From Vicugna vicugna (taxonomy: Eukaryota): a stretch of DNA of 64,000 bases. Both the position numbers and the translations under genes were made by a program. Where the stretch lies: NCBI GenBank assembly GCA_013265495.1, contig MU058387.1:1178001-1242000 (forward strand), written 5' to 3'. The notes under the pieces are model-generated. The model worked only from the letters and a program-made list of their open reading frames with translations. It did no database searches and had not been told where the DNA came from. Shown here piece by piece: positions 23,861 through 37,562 of the stretch (within the stretch, counting starts at the first letter, position 1; every line of letters begins with the position of its first letter).

Positions 23861-25989
23861 GGTTATTAATACGTCTGGAAAGATGAAAGGGAATGCTAGA
23901 TGTCCATAGAAATGTTAGATGACTGATTTAAATTATTCATCATAAGACAGAAAGAACAGTTATCTTAGGTAAGACATGTTGTACTTGATCTATAATATTC
24001 ACTGAAAATATCATTAATATTATTAATAACCATAACTGCCTTTTAATGAATGATAATAATATGCCAAGCACAGTGCTATGCATTTTATATAGAAAGGATA
24101 TAATAAAAATGGTTATCTCTCTGTAGTGACACTATGAATATTTTTTCTTGTTTTTTTTTTATTTGTATTTCAGAATGAATATGTATTACTTGGTTAAAAA
24201 GTTTATACAGAGTCATTCTTACTAGCAAGGGACACATGGGACTTCTGAGCTGTAACTCGTATTGCTCTCTCCTCTGTGATGCCATTCTGAATACCTGTTC
24301 TATTTTCCACCACAGATGGTATCATTCAGTGGTGTTTAAAAGGAGCTCTCTTCATAAATTCTCTACAGTACATAAAGATCCTTTCACAAGAGCTGTAGTT
24401 GTGTGTTACTCTCTCTGATGGGTGTGAATGTACACATTTGTTTTTTCTGGGAAGCTGAACATTTTTCAAGGATGTGTGAATTCATAATTTATTATGTGGA
24501 TGAATGACATTTGTACATTATATTCTTTTTCTTGTGAAAATTTAACAAAGGACAAAAAAATAAATAAATCCTAACCCTTAAATCATGTGTGAGTACTAGG
24601 AAGTAAAATTATGGCATTTTTAAGTGGTGCTTATTGTGTATGGAAAACAATAAAAATGGAAATAAAAAATGTGTTCATGGAAGGTTTAAACTAAGGAAGA
24701 CAGTGATAAAGTAATTTCCAACTCTGAAGGTTTTGGTCTTGGTGGTGATGGAGAGGTTGGGGGTGAGGCTACATAAAATAAGTCATAGATGAGAAAATTT
24801 AAAAAAAAATCTTATTACAACAAGGCCATTAAAAAAGAAGTATTTAAAAGATAATCCTTAGAATTAGAATATCAGTTTATCTACTGCTAAAATAGAGACC
24901 CTATATTCTAACTGAAATGATTTACACTATAAACTAGATTTTCTTCTGGATCCTTAAAGTACGTATCTGTGTAGCAAGAAGCATTTAAATCTTAGAGTAT
25001 TGTAGATAACAAGACAGGAAATTTGAGGTCTTCTTGTTTATAAAATAGGGTAAGATTTTAATTTAATTTAATTATTTATTTATTTAAAAATAAAACTGGA
25101 GAAATAAAAATGAATGATTAAAATATAAAATGCACTTACACATTGTAAGTAGTCTCTAATATCGTTAATCTGTAGAAGTTGTGCTGGTTCACTAAAAAAT
25201 AGGAAAAAGGTCAATTTAACAGAATAAATCCTTGAAAATATACAGAGGAGGAAACACATTTTTGATATGTATTACTTATAAAAATTTTATAGTCTCTATA
25301 TTATATAAATACATTTATATACATTGTTCATACTATGTACTTTTTTGTATAAATATAAGTTAATATATGAATACATACGTGTGTATGTATATACATGTAT
25401 ATGTGTATATACCTACATTATGTCATAGTAATAATTTAAACACAGATTGCTAAATATAATATGAGTATGTTATAATTTTAAAAAACTTAAAATATCTTGA
25501 ATTCAGTTTTCAGCTGAAATAGCACATTCTCGGAGAGCAGTTCCATGAACATTCTATTACAAGCATGCCCTGTCATTCTTTATCAATTGGTCTCAATCTG
25601 ATTTTTTTTTTCTAAAACGCTGATTACTGTCTGAAAGTCTTCTTTTCTTCATTTACTGGTTGATTTGGTTGTTCTCTGTCTACCCCCAACGAAAATGTGA
25701 ACATCCACAGAATCTTTTGCCTTTAGCAAATCATCAGCTCCCAGGATAGGGTTAGAAAGTTCTATAAATATTTGTCAAATGAATAAATAAAAAACTGGGT
25801 TGAATATCAATGCATAAACTGTAATTTGCAAGCCTGTGTTATATTTCCTGTGCTGTCTTCTTTTAAATCTGTAACACATATTTAAGACATCCTTAATGAC
25901 CCAGTACTTTTATTAGGGTAAATATTAGGGAGAATACCGTGCTACCTTAATTATTCTCCAACCCAGCATAGGGGATGAGTAGGGAATGC

Positions 25990-26450
25990 GGACTTTTTGT
26001 TTTGAGCATAGTGAGAGGAGTTTCAAATAGATCCAGACCACAGAGCTTGATATGTGTCCGGTGGAGCATGGGAACAGGATAGACCAAGAAAGTCTAAAGG
26101 GCTAGAGGCTGGCTGTGCTAGTGAGGAGATGACGTTGGTTTGAAAGGCAACTGACTTATGGATAATGTGCCCAGGGTCCTGTTTTGATTACACCCAAAAT
26201 AATATGTTCGAGAGAGATCATTGAGGGTTATAAAGCTTACCAAGAGTGAAGGGATAGAGGCTGGGTTCATATGAAATGAAGTGAGAGAGATGACTCTCTC
26301 CAGATTATGTAGGACTTTGCAGAGATTTGACTTTCACGCTGAGCACTGGAGGATTTTGAACAGATGAGAAGAATGATCCGACTTATGTTTGCAATGAGTC
26401 ACACTTGGAGAAGATGAGTACAATAAATAGTTCAGGAGATAATTCTGATA
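25990..26450 (-). mobile_element. L2 LINE fragment
   Basis: ccagattatgtaggactttgcagagatttgactttc...ggaggattttgaacagatgagaagaatgatccgacttatgttt. Confidence 0.6.
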
Positions 26451-27409
26451 TTGTGTCCAGGGGGGTAACCACTATTATCTTTCACCTGGATTATTACAAA
26501 TATTTCCTCCTCCCTGTAACCGTCCTTCGTGTTCCCTCCTCCTAAGCCAATGAAGTTGGGTGGAAACACAAAGCAGGAGAAAGAATGAAGAAGCCAGTCA
26601 TGGCGTCCCAGCCCAAAGCAGGACCACAGTGGGGGCAGGGCAGAGCTCTACTTTAAGAAATGTTGGGCAATTTTGATTATTACATTGGATTGGCTTAATT
26701 AGTAACTCACCTGAGATTGTTTTTATGTGTATAACTGGCCAGATGCCTTTTTAATTTCCCCAGAGGACACGCGATATGAGACCCAAGGATTAGTTCATCT
26801 AAGAGCAGGGCAAAAACTGGTTTAGAAGATCTGAATAGAAGAGGGAAGAAGGAAAGAACCCTATTTGTTTTCTCTCCTCTCCCATTTTAATAGGTTGGCT
26901 AATTGGGGGTTTTCTGTATGTTTGTGATACTATTTTTCCTTTGAAAAATACTGCAAACTGTCAATACTGGGTAATTCTACGTTGTAGAATTCCCTATAGT
27001 GATAAACCTTGCTTTTCCCTGTGTTTCTCAAAATGCTTTTGAACATATTAGATAAATAAAATGAAGTGAGTAAAATCTTTTGAAACCGATGATGGAAATG
27101 CGATTGACTCCCAGTTTTGCCCGTTCCTGGAAGACCACTTCATATCTTAGATCCATGCTTGTCTTCTCTGTGATAGCAGTTAACACTTCTATTGTAAGTA
27201 TTTCTGATGGGAAGAATACAGAGTATAATCTACGTAAACTGCCTAGTTCAGTTCCTGAAAATTAAGCAGATGGCTAATAAACACTATTCATTTAATATTA
27301 AAAAATAAACAAAAAATATTTCTTCCTTTCTCTTTGGACCTTGGGCACAATTGTTTGAAATAATTGCACCTCTCACTTCATGGAACATTATCATCATGGA
27401 TTGATTGAA

Positions 27410-28750
27410 TGTTTTATTCCCTTTTAAATGCATTATCTCCTACTCTCATTCAACTTTTACTTTTGGAAAGTATTTTATGTGTAGTATTTTGTTTGTATAT
27501 GCTTTTATTAAAAGTCTGTTATTATTTGGGGGTACTTATGGTTTTAATTTACATATATGGCATTACATTATAGATTTCATCTCTCCTTTCCTTTTTTTTT
27601 TTTTTTTTTTCCCCAGCACTGTTTCCTTCTTTAGATCCATCTGGGTCACTATACAAAAACTATCTAGTCCTTTGCTGCATTGTTATCTATAGTATGGTCT
27701 ACCACAATTTACTAATATACTTCCCTAATAATAGAAGATTACATTGCTTTTAACACTCTATGCCCCACAAAGGAAGTGGTGGTTAACAACCCTACACATA
27801 TCCCTGAAGGACCTATGTGAGCATTTCTTTGGGATATACACTCAGATGTAAACAAATATTTAAATTGGCCTAATACTGTCTCATAATTATCTGGAATGCT
27901 GCACCCACTAGTAATGTAGGAGTGTTTTTATATTCCAGCATCTGCATCAACTTGACTTATCCAGTTTTCTAAAATTTGCAACCTTGAGAAGTCTAAAGTG
28001 GCGTCTTCTTATTGTTTTAATTTACCTCTCTGTTTAATAATGTGATTCAGAATCCATCATTGTTTTGATGGTTTCATTTTGTAAATTTCTTTAATGTAAC
28101 CCTTCCTCTTTTTTCTTTTTGAGTATGACCCTTTCTCATTATTGATGATTTGTTGGAGTTCTTTGTATATTCTATTTAGTCAGCCCTTAATGTTTTTTAT
28201 CCTGCAAATATTTCTTGCAACTGGCCAAGAGGAGATAGTATACCATTGTGGTAAAGAACTTGGACTCCTTGTTCAACTCTCCAGATGATCTTGGACAAGT
28301 TACTTAAACCTCTTTTGTTATTATTGTAGTTTTTTATTCTTCAGTAAAATGGACATAATATAAAAGGTTCCTGGCACACAGCAAATCCCCTTTAGATATT
28401 AGCTCTTATCATGTTTCCTGCCTCTTATTCATGATATCCTTTGTGTAAGGGAAATTCTTTATTTTGAACTTCAATTGAATTCCCTATAGTTCAGTATTTT
28501 GTAGGTTTTGCTCAGAAAGTCTTTCCCCACTCTTATATCACAAGGGTGTTATACTACATTCTTTTTGATTAAATTTAGTGTTTGACCTTCATCTTGTGGA
28601 CCTTTAATCTATAAGATCTATCAAGATTTCACCATTGAATATAGTATTGATAAGGATTTAATTTTCTTGTTATTCAGGCTGAGCCAGTTTTGACAATCTC
28701 AGCTGCTAAGCCCTATCGATTTGTGGGGTCACCTGACCATTTATCCTTCA
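27410..28750 (-). mobile_element. Old L1 (L1M) 3' region, interrupted by a MIR at about 28235-28410
   Basis: gagcatttctttgggatatacactcag...cacccactagtaatgtaggagtgtttt...ggagttctttgtatattcta; MIR core gatcttggacaagttacttaaacctc. Confidence 0.65.
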
Positions 28751-29234
28751 AAAATGTAACAAAAACAAGCAAAAACTGTAAACTCAGAGTAGAACAATGG
28801 CTTTGATATTAGTGTCGACATGGAGATAAAATGGTCACAACCACAGTAAAGCCTCTGGTTTTGTGGTGTAAGCCTCTCCTGAGAGTCAAAGATTTTGTGA
28901 TCTACATTTCCTGATTGTTTTCTTTTAAATAAGCATATGACCCCAATAAAGTAATTTTGTCTCTTCCAAGGATGCTTGATTAAAGGCTGAAGAGTGAATA
29001 CTTCTGGTTGTGGAATTGGTGTTGAAGAGACAGTGCTTTCTTTTTTAAGTTTTCTCTGCTTTCCTTTCCTATCTCATCCGAATATAATCTGATTCAGTTT
29101 TTAACTAATAGATCTTAATGTAATTTTGTTTTATTAAGGAAAGACAAAGAGAGTCTCATTCGTTATCACTGTAATCATCATCTAGCGGATGGTGGGAAAA
29201 GAGAAAGGAAAGCAAGACAAGGATGGGTTAGAAG

Positions 29235-29430
29235 GAATGTGGGCTTTGAGAACAGATGCCTTTGGAGTTGAATCTTGGCTCAAAGATTCTTGTTTACTTA
29301 CCCACTCTGATACTCAGTTTTCTCATCTCTACTGCTTACATGTGTGTCATGTCGTTTAAATGAAAGTACATATCTCTGAAGTTTCTAGCCAAATATTTGG
29401 TAATATAATAGTCAGTCTATGTTAATCTCC
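29235..29430 (+). mobile_element. MIR SINE
   Basis: gggctttgagaacagatgcctttggagttgaatcttggctc...ctcagttttctcatct. Confidence 0.6.
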
Positions 29431-31329
29431 CTTTTTCTTTCCTAAATATGAAATCCGAAAGTCAATTTATAATTTAAAATGCAATTTCGTTTACAAACGT
29501 GAAGTTTTAACTGCCTTTCCCTCCATAATTCATAGACATGTACCATTTATATTTTAATGCCATCAAATAATAGTAGGAAATATTGATGAACATGAAGTCT
29601 TCCCGTGTCTGCTTCTGAGGGGAGGCTAGCTGAATCTGAGAACAGAAATCCTTGAATTGTGTGTTGAATACCAGACAAGCATTTACACATTGGCCTCTTC
29701 AGTGCCAGGTAATTAGAATTTGTAATTTGGTCTTAATTAAATTACAGAGTACCCAAAGGCCTTGATCAGTATGGCCTTCTGGCTGCCTCCACCTTGTTTG
29801 GTGAAACATATTAGACTTTAAAAATATACCCATTTAATTCTCCTTCATCTTCTCCGACTCCACCCAAAGCCAGTAGACATATACTTATATTGGGCAAAAT
29901 GTCGACATACATCAAATGTGCCAAATAAAATCAGAATTCTTCTCATTGCCAAGCATGTGTTTCATTTTAAACTTAGCAGCAGAGCTGGTGGCTGGGCAGC
30001 ACCCACTGTATGATTCCTGTGCACCACCACCTTCCCACCAGGGGAGAGATTGATCTTCAAAACCCTCCCTGGGTGGTGTTTTTTTCTTTGGGCTTTTGTC
30101 AATTCTTACCCCTTTCTGTCTTCCTTCCTCTGGTTTTTGAAGTTGTTTTTTAAATTATTTAAAAATTTTTTTTTTTTTTTAGTTTTGATTGGAGTGTTTC
30201 TGATCAGCATGAGAACAACTCAGGAGCTTTTCTGTCTTGCTGAGTTAGTTAATGAGTTTGTTGCTACTTTTAGAGTCCACAGGGAATTCTTCAATTTATT
30301 GGGTGAGGTTAAAGTCAAAATCAAGAGACTTTTTATTTTAGTTGAAGTTTCATGTGTTGGTTAAAAAGGGAAAGGACTCAGGGTCGATCATATGGAATTG
30401 AACCGAACTCCAATCAAGATTGTTAATTGCATGACTGTATGTTTCTTTGTTTCCTCATCTATAAAATGAGAAGAGCGAAAATGTCCTGCCTATCTGACAA
30501 AATACATATAAAAACTAAACTAAAAGTCATACATATTGAAAAAAGGGATAGCCCATTTATTTTATTTGAAATGAAAATGCAACATAGTGTTTTAAATATC
30601 TTGCCTTTAAAAAAAATCAAACACTTTCATTAAAACTCATGGGATTGTTTTCTTCTTTTTAATCTAAAATGAAGAAATATATCTCAACGGTTAGTGCTTT
30701 ATTAATTCAAAGTTCAATTATTTATTCAGAGCCATCAGTTGTGCATTTTAAAAAGTTATTTAATGGTAAACTATAGTTGTCTTATTAGATGTTGATTTTT
30801 AACTTCGTGGCTCATTACATTGGTAATGGGCAGTGTTTCTCAGTCAGATAGACGGTTTCTGGCCATGGCTGGTAGGATGCATATTCTGTTCATTGTACTA
30901 ATTCTATCTGCATTTTGGTCACATTTCTCAGTTGCTGAAATAGCAATGCTATATATTGTTTCTCTGAATTTTATAATTTATTACTATTGACTTCTGAAAT
31001 TTGTTATATATAAATTTGTTACATAAATATTATATTTATATAGTATATAAATAAATTTGGATATGATTTAGTTCAATAGTTTTGTTTCATGTTCTTTAAG
31101 ATCAACTTCATTTTAGACTTAAAAAATTTCACAAAAGTAAATTAGGAGCAATGCAAATACAAATTCATAAAGTCTTTGCCTAATTTAAGACAGTTAATCA
31201 GGACAAGTTGAAGATGCATATTGTTTTGATACAACATTGTAAAATGACTATTACTCAATAAAAATGTTAAAAAAAGATGCATATTGTAATTTCTAGAGTA
31301 ATCACTAAAAAGTATATTTTTTATTTTTA

Positions 31330-34200
31330 ACATAACTAGAAATACAGCAGAAAGATTGACAGAATACCAAAAATCTTAAATTAACCCAAAGAAGTCAAGA
31401 AATGTTGGACACATTTAAAACAAACAAAATAATGTGAGACAAATGGAAAACCTACAACAAGTTAGAAGACCTAAACAAACCATATTCATAATTATTTCAG
31501 AAAGATATTGTGAAACGGTTTTAAAAAAGACCAGGATAAAATTTATGCTGTCTGTAAGAGATGCACTTTAGATACATAAACACAAAAAGGATTAGAAATA
31601 AAAGGATGGAAAAAGACATAGAAGGCAAAAAATGATAAGTTAAAAAAGTAGGGTAATTATATTGATATTACATACAATCAACTTCAAGACATGAAGCACT
31701 GCATGAGAAAAAGATGGACAATTCACAGTGATAAAAGGATCAGAAACATATGGTGAAAATATAATAATTTTACATACGTATGAGCTTAATAAAAAGCCTC
31801 AAAAATAGTGAAGCTCAACCTGTCAGAACTGAAAGGAAGGGTATACAAATTCACAATTTTAGCTGAAGATGAACTCCCCTCATTCAGTAATGAATAGGTT
31901 AATCAGACAAAGAGTTAGCAAGGATATAAAGGATATGAATGACGCTACCGTCTCCTTTAACCTAATCTACGCTTACGGAAGAGCACACCCAGTAACTGCA
32001 GAATCAACATTGTTTTCAACTTGTATACAAAGTTCGCCAAGAGAGACCACGTGACAGGCTATAAAACAAGTCTTAATAGATTTTATCTCAAAAGATTTAA
32101 ATGCTAGAACATATTTTCTGATCACAATAAAATTATATTAAAAACCATAAAATTTCTTGAACAGAACTAAATATGTAGATGTTAGTTAACTCATTTCTAA
32201 ACAGCATATGGGCAATTAGCGAGTATTCTTGAACAGAATGATGATGAAAGCACAGCACATAAAATTAGTGGGATGCTTTAGAGAAAAATGAAAGGGATAC
32301 CACTAAGTGCACTATAATCGTTAAAATTTAATAAGTAAATACTATACATTATTATAAATAGATTTATGCCAATGGATTTGACAACTTAGATGAAATGAAC
32401 AAAACCCGGAAAGACACAGTTACCAAAACACACAAGAAGAAACAGAAAATATCAAGAACTCTCATTTATTAGTTTTCCTATCGCTGGTACATGTAAAATT
32501 ACCACTAACTTAGTGACTTAAAACACATTTAAAACACAGCTTAGCAACACGTTCATTATCTTACAGTTCTGCAGGTTGGAAGCCCAAGTTGGCTTCGCTG
32601 GACTAAAGTCAAGGTGTCAGCAGGCTGCCTTTCTTCTGGAGGCGCTAGGGAAGAAACTGTTTTCTCATCTCTCCCATCTCCCTGTGGCCACCCGTCTTCT
32701 TTGGCTTGTGCCCCTTCATGTATCCTCAAGGCAACGGCCAGTGGGGTCTTTCCCAAACTGCATCACTCTGATACCGGCTATTTTGCCTTTCTCCTCCATG
32801 TTCAAGGACCTGTGTGATTACACGCAGTCTAAGTGGATAACCCAGGATAATCTCCCTATTTTAAAGTCAGCTAATTAGTCACTGCTATCTTCATTCCCCT
32901 TGGCCATGTAATGCATTTGCAGGTTTCAAGAATTGGGATGTAGACATCTTTGAGAAGCCATTATTCTGAGTGTTACAGCTTTCTATCATATAAATTAAAA
33001 GTTCAAAACTTCAGAGTAAAGAATTCTAAGCCCAAATATTTTCAAGGGTAAAATCCATTGAATATTTATGGGAGAAACAATACCAAGCCTGCCAAAAAAA
33101 ATCATTCAGAATAATGGAACACTTCCCAACTCATTTCATGAGATCAGTATACGGATACCAAGACTAGATCAAGATATTATAAGAAAAGAATATTGTACCT
33201 ACAGTGTCCTATAAACATAGACATGTAAATCCTTATCAAAGTCTTAGCAAATCATATCCAACACAACATAAAAGGAATTACACATCGTGACCAAATGAGA
33301 TTTATGCCGGGAATTCAACTTTGTTTTAATATTTGAAAATCAATCAATGTACTTAACAAAATTAATAGACTTAAACAGAAAGAGATGGAGTATATTAACA
33401 GAAGCAAAAAAAAAAAAAGCATTTGACAATGCTTATTTATGACAAAAGATTTTAGCCAATTAAAATTAAAGGGAACTTCCTCCGTCTGATAAAGCGTATC
33501 TAAAAATGCACAGGTAACATACTTATTAGTAAGAGACTGAAGATTTCCCCCCTAACATTGAGAATGAGGCAAGGATATCTGCTCTTATTTTTTTTTCCCC
33601 CAACATTGTACTGACATTGCAGTAGGAAAAAAAAAAAGCAGGCAGACTGAAAGAAATAAGTAAAATCTTCTTTATTCATAGAAGACATGAATGATCACAT
33701 TAAGTAGCCTAAGAAATTTATCAACAAACACTACCAGAAACTGAATTTAGCAAGATCGAGAAATGTACAGTTAACATTCAAAAATAAGTAACACTTCTAT
33801 GTATTCATAGCAAACAGTTAGAAAAGAAATAAAAAATACAGTTCCAGATAAAATAGTGTCAAAACATGAAGCTCTTAGGAATAAGTTAAAAATATATATG
33901 TGCAAGAACTGTACATTGAAAATTATCAACTCTGCTGACAGACATTAAAAAGCTAAATAAATGTAGAGAATCACTGTGTTCTTGGATTAGATAGCTCAGT
34001 ATTGTTAAGGTGTCAGTTCTTCCAAAATTGAACCGTGGATTCAAATGCAATCCGTTAAAATTGTGGTAGGGTTTTGTGTTTTTGTTTTTCATTATTTTTT
34101 TGGAAACATTGACTAGCTGATTTTAAAATATATATAGCAATTCAAAGGGCATAGAATAGTCAAAGTAATTTACTTAAAGGAGAACAAAGTTGCATAATTT
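31330..34200 (+). mobile_element. Decayed L1 (L1M) ORF2 fossil: endonuclease through reverse transcriptase region
   Basis: tgctgtctgtaagagatgcacttt (CLQETHF-like), aaaggatggaaaaagac (KGWKK), gacaacttagatgaaatg (DNLDEM), cttcccaactcattt (LPNSF), catcgtgaccaaatgagatttatgccggga (HHDQVGFIPG-like). Many stops and frameshifts. Confidence 0.9.
32465..32977 (-). mobile_element. MLT1D-like solo LTR inserted into the L1 fossil
   Basis: tattagttttccta...ttatcttacagttctgcagg...ggactaaagtcaaggtgtcagcagg...ccaggataatctccctattttaaagtcagct...gccattattctg. Confidence 0.85.
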
Positions 34201-35304
34201 GTGTAATTCTTTCACAAGAGTATTCATAGGGATTAAGAAAATCTTATAGCTGATTAGAAAAAGTAATGTCAACTTTTGAGTATCTGAACACCAAATGATC
34301 AGAAAACCCTATGTGATCAACAATTTCCCTTATAGATACCATAAAATAGTGGAGGATAGGGGCCAATAGAAAAACCTGCTTTCTCAGCATGAGGCAGTGG
34401 GCAACGTCCTCTGCCCAGCCATGGCCATGACTTTGAATCATGCTGGTATTTCCTTTCACTTAAGGCAGTTTAACTAAAAGAACTAATAAACCCAGCATAT
34501 GGTCTGCCTAATTATCCCACAAGAAAAAGTAAAACTCATTAAAGCTTTGATAAAGCTGCAAAAAAAAAAAAAAGATAAAAGGGACCTGTTTTTTTTGATG
34601 TCAAATAAGTGCAAAATATAACTCATAGTGACATTACATTTTCTTATTGGTCAGGACTGCCTTGAAGCCAGTGTAGCTGAAATAACATCTAACTCCACAA
34701 CCATACATCTTTTTTTCTTTTTTTCTTTAATCTGGATTATTTTAACTCATGGAACAAATCACAGTTTTTATTCACATGTTGTTCCCACTGTCTTCTTTCT
34801 CTCAAGCATATCTGAATCTGTCTCTTAGGTAAAACCGAATCGAATTCGCATCCAGCTGTGAAGACTTCCCCTGAGGGCTTCTGAGTTGGTGTGGCCTCAC
34901 TGCAGTCTCTTTAATGATGATTATCCATAGTCGACAGTCTAACCATTTGTATTTTCTCTTGCTTACTTCTGGTTTCAGGAGGATGGATTTTATTTCCCAC
35001 AGCAGATATGAAAGATCTGGCAAGCTAATTAAGCAGATGCTAATTGTTAGTTGGCTGAGATGTTGTTCAAATATTTAGCCTTATCGAAATGATTATTTGT
35101 TAGGTTTACTATTGCACAGAGAGAGGCTGAGGCGTTGTAGGATCAAAAAAATGACATTTTACTGGGCGTCTTATGTAACTGCTCAGGTGATGACAGGTGG
35201 TTAGACAAGTTTGCTACTTATCTGGAAAATTCCGCAAGGTCCTCCACTGTTTGTACCCTTAAAATATTACTAATTCTGAAATATTTTCTCTAAATGAAAG
35301 ACAA

Positions 35305-35550
35305 CATAATATGATAAGAGTCCAGTTACTGGAATCAGGCTGCTGGTGTTTAAATACAGTTTCTGCTTTTACTGTCTGTGACCAAAGGCAGATTACTTAA
35401 CTTTTCTGGTCCTCAGTTCCTTCTCTTTCATATGGGGAGAAAAATACTTCTTTCCTTGCAAAGTTATTATATGGATTAAATAAATTGATACAAACAAAGC
35501 ACTTAGAAGACCGCCTAGAAAAAGACAAATGGTCCACAAATGTTAGTTGT
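35305..35550 (+). mobile_element. MIR SINE
   Basis: tgtgaccaaaggcagattacttaacttttctggtcctcagttcc...aaagcacttagaaga. Confidence 0.7.
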
Positions 35551-36127
35551 AATTGGTAGACTGGGATTTGAACAGAGAAACTATTTTCATGGGGTTCAGG
35601 AGCATGAAGATCTTACCATGCAAACATGACGACCTCAGTTTGTGAAAGAGTCCTGTGGCCACTCGCAAACGTTCTAGAGCTGTGACCACACAGGTGGTGG
35701 GGAGGGTGCTCTGGGTGAAGGGGTTTCTCACTGCCCCCTTCCAGCGGCCTCTGTTTACCAGCGCTTTTCTTCTCACACAAGTTGTGTGGGACGTTCATAC
35801 TCTCTCTGCTTTAACACAGTGTCTGTTTATGAGAACTTTACTGCCCAGCCTGTAAATCTTTATAAAAATTCCTCCTCCTTTTTTTTTTTTTACAGCCTCT
35901 GTTTCCTGTGTTATTTTACTGGACACATTTCACTCCATCCTCTGGAGAAAATTATTCATTTTCCTTTTATGATAATTTTTCCCTGTCCTGCTGCATAGCT
36001 GGCTCCTTCCCCTATGGCATAATCTCCTGGGCTGGGATTTTAAATCCTTTCTCTGATACATGTGCCCTGTGTACTTTCTGCAGATGCTCATCATGACATT
36101 TGCTCTATGCCACTAGTTAAATCATCT

Positions 36128-36870
36128 TATCATTCAACAAATACTTATTGAATACTGCCATATGTCAGGCCTTGTGCTTGGGGTTGTGGATACAGGGTGA
36201 GCAAGACCAGTCCCTGCCTTTTGATTCCAGCACTATGAGGAAAAGGACAAATGTCCAATGGATACATGCATAAATAAAAGTGTATTTGAAAGAAAAGCCC
36301 AGGAAATTGTAGTGAGGAAATCTAATTAGAAAGAGTCTATTGTGGTCGAGGGAGCACATTCTCAGAAAGTCTTTGTTTTGGGGTGTCTCTGAGAAAGTCA
36401 AGTTGTGATGTCACGGAACCTATTAGATATGATTTGGAAGATTTTGAAGATTATACTTACTACCATATAATTGAATAAGATGTCTCTGAGAGAAGGTATA
36501 GAGTGAGGGCAGGCCCTAAAGCATAGCCTGCAGGAATTCTAATATTAAAAGGTTGGGTGAAGAGAGAAGAGCCCCATAGAAGACAGGTGGAAAACAGGTG
36601 TATGCATATCTGAGGAGCATCTTGTTCCACGAGTCATAAAAGAAGCTCTCCCAGGAAGGGGTTCATTATCAACTACCTTATATCTACTGAGGAAAATATT
36701 TAGGTGAGGAGAGAAAGGGCAGGTATGGGAATGGAGAGTTCATAGATGACTTTGGCAAGAAGTTTAAATGGATGGATGCCAGATGAGAGAGAATGGAAGA
36801 GAAGGGTTGGGAGGGAGAAGTGAAAAATAAATTTAGATACATGTGGGTGAGCATGCTGGTCACTGCTACT
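36128..36870 (-). mobile_element. L2 LINE 3' portion
   Basis: tcattcaacaaatacttattgaatactgccatatgtcaggccttgtgct is the antisense L2 3' terminus. Confidence 0.75.
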
Positions 36871-36989
36871 GCCATCATATCTCCTCTTCTTCCTTAAATA
36901 TTGAACCCTCGCTAAATTTGGCAAATCCCATAGTTATTTGTAATACAGATTTCGTTCTCCATCCCCCTTTTCTTAGTAACTAACGTCTG

Positions 36990-37340
36990 GTCTGTGAGGT
37001 AAAAAAGGATGTGTTTCCAGGAAGTCTTCTTAAAAGAGTGCTGCCAAACACTCATCAATATCTTCCTCTTTTGTCCTGTCTTCCTTCCTGTCACCGGAGT
37101 GAAGTACAATGGCTGAAACTTCAGATGCTATTCTTGGCCAAGTTGATGAGGGCTACACCCTACTGATGTCACTGCAGTGAACTGGAAGGACCTTAACAAA
37201 TTCACTAAGCTGCAATACCATCACTGTATTGTCAGCATTCAGATTTCATTTCAAAAAGCTGGAAGTAAATTTCTATCTGGTAACACAGTCTTAGTCTGGT
37301 TTTTATATCTTAGAAACCTGAATTTAATTATAACTGAGAG
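36990..37340 (+). mobile_element. LTR16/ERVL-type LTR remnant
   Basis: aatggctgaaacttcagatgctattcttg...gaactggaaggacc...aaacctgaatttaattataactga. Confidence 0.4.
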
Positions 37341-37531
37341 AGGATGCCTGGCTATAAAGAGGAGCAAAGAAATTGTGCAATAAAATTTTAAAATGTACTT
37401 AAATGCAAATAGAAATTGCAAAGGAATAGTCTCAAGATAAAGAGGAATGTTTTCTTTAAAAATAACCATACTAATAGATGATGGATTATGATGATAGACA
37501 GATGGATAGATGGAAAGGGGGAAGAATAGGT

Positions 37532-37562
37532 GATAGATAGATTAGATTAGATTAGATTAGAT
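37532..37562. repeat. (GATA)2(ATTAG)4 simple repeat
   Basis: gatagatagattagattagattagattagat. Confidence 0.85.
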
